A stretch of 64,000 bases of DNA from Escherichia coli (GTDB taxonomy: Bacteria > Pseudomonadota > Gammaproteobacteria > Enterobacterales > Enterobacteriaceae), in the NCBI RefSeq assembly GCF_050920415.1, contig NZ_CP169309.1. The stretch is one strand, 5' to 3'. Within the stretch, counting starts at the first letter, position 1. Every line of letters begins with the position of its first letter. A model generated the notes under the pieces. It did not search any database and was not told the origin of the DNA. It saw only the letters and a list, made by a program, of their open reading frames with translations. Shown here piece after piece: positions 63,299 to 64,000 of this stretch. Made by a program: the position numbers and the translations under genes.

Positions 63299-63414
63299 CC
63301 ACTATTCCGCTGAAGGCGTAATTGTTAAATAACATTACGCCGCCTGGCTTGAGGCCCTTTTAGTATGGCAACGTTTTCATAAAAATTGCTGCAAACAAAA
63401 ATGTCATACTTTTT

Positions 63415-63440
63415 GCGCGGTCCCACCCCGCGCTTTTTTT
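63415..63440 (+). terminator. Rho-independent terminator after adiA
   Basis: Hairpin GCGCGG-TCCCACC-CCGCGC followed by TTTTTTT. Confidence 0.65.
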
Positions 63441-63621
63441 CGCCTGTTATTTATCCTGTAAAAAAATATGTACATGAGAAATTACTATAAAAATTTGTAA
63501 TATTAGTAAAACTCGTTATTTTTATGCATGTTTATATTCATCATACAATTATATAACCATTTCCCGGTATCGCTTTGCTTTAGCGAGAACTGGTCTTTTA
63601 TTCGCACTCAGGAGTACATGT

Positions 63622-64000
63622 ATGAGGATTTGCAGCGACCAACCTTGTATTGTTTTATTGACTGAAAAAGATGTCTGGATAAGGGTGAATGGGAAAGAAC
63701 CTATTAGCCTTAAAGCTAACCATATGGCGTTATTAAATTGTGAAAATAATATTATCGACGTCTCCTCTCTTAATAACACTTTGGTTGCTCATATTAGTCA
63801 CGACATCATCAAAGATTACCTCCGGTTTCTGAATAAAGATCTCTCGCAAATACCAGTATGGCAACGTAGTGCTACGCCCATCCTCACCCTGCCATGCCTG
63901 ACGCCAGACGTCTTTCGCGTTGCCGCGCAACATAGCATGATGCCCGCTGAAACTGAGTCAGAAAAGGAACGAACACGTGCATTATTATTCACTGTGCTAT
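63622..64000 (+). CDS. adiY: AraC-family regulator AdiY (partial; continues beyond window end)
   Basis: ATG at 63622 opens MRICSDQPCIVLLTEKDVWIRVNGKEPISLKANHMALLNCENN...; no stop within the window, so absent from the ORF track. Confidence 0.8.
   Translation, partial: MRICSDQPCIVLLTEKDVWIRVNGKEPISLKANHMALLNCENNIIDVSSLNNTLVAHISHDIIKDYLRFLNKDLSQIPVWQRSATPILTLPCLTPDVFRVAAQHSMMPAETESEKERTRALLFTVL

Overview
This window reads as a core Escherichia coli chromosomal segment (K-12-like gene order, in reverse-complement orientation), running from hflC (partial) to adiY (partial). In order it carries: hflKC-hflX-hfq-miaA-mutL-amiB-tsaE-nnr (minus strand), queG, two tandem tRNA-Gly, orn, rsgA, psd-mscM, yjeO, yjeM, epmA, frdABCD, ampC, blc, gdx(sugE) with a guanidine-II riboswitch, ecnBA, efp, epmB, yjeJ, yjeI, groESL, yjeH, fxsA, aspA, dcuA, cutA-dsbD-yjdC, tRNA-Phe, cadC-cadBA, dtpC, lysU, ghoST, yjdJ, yjdI, dcuSR, dcuB-fumB, yjdF, melA, melR, adiA and adiY. 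Gene calls rest on reading the six-frame translations against remembered protein sequences; no search was run, so identities are recognition-based and the start codons I trimmed are inferences. I found no convincing previously undescribed system: every sizeable ORF is accounted for by a known gene, and no integrase, transposase, defence or phage cargo is visible. The most unusual structural observation is that melB, expected between melA and yjdF, is absent: the melA and yjdF stop codons overlap directly. Smaller points are two rather than three tandem tRNA-Gly copies, a short integrase-like remnant ORF beside tRNA-Phe, the AT-rich uncharacterised gene yjeJ, and three small genes below the ORF-track size cut-off (ghoT, ecnA, ecnB).
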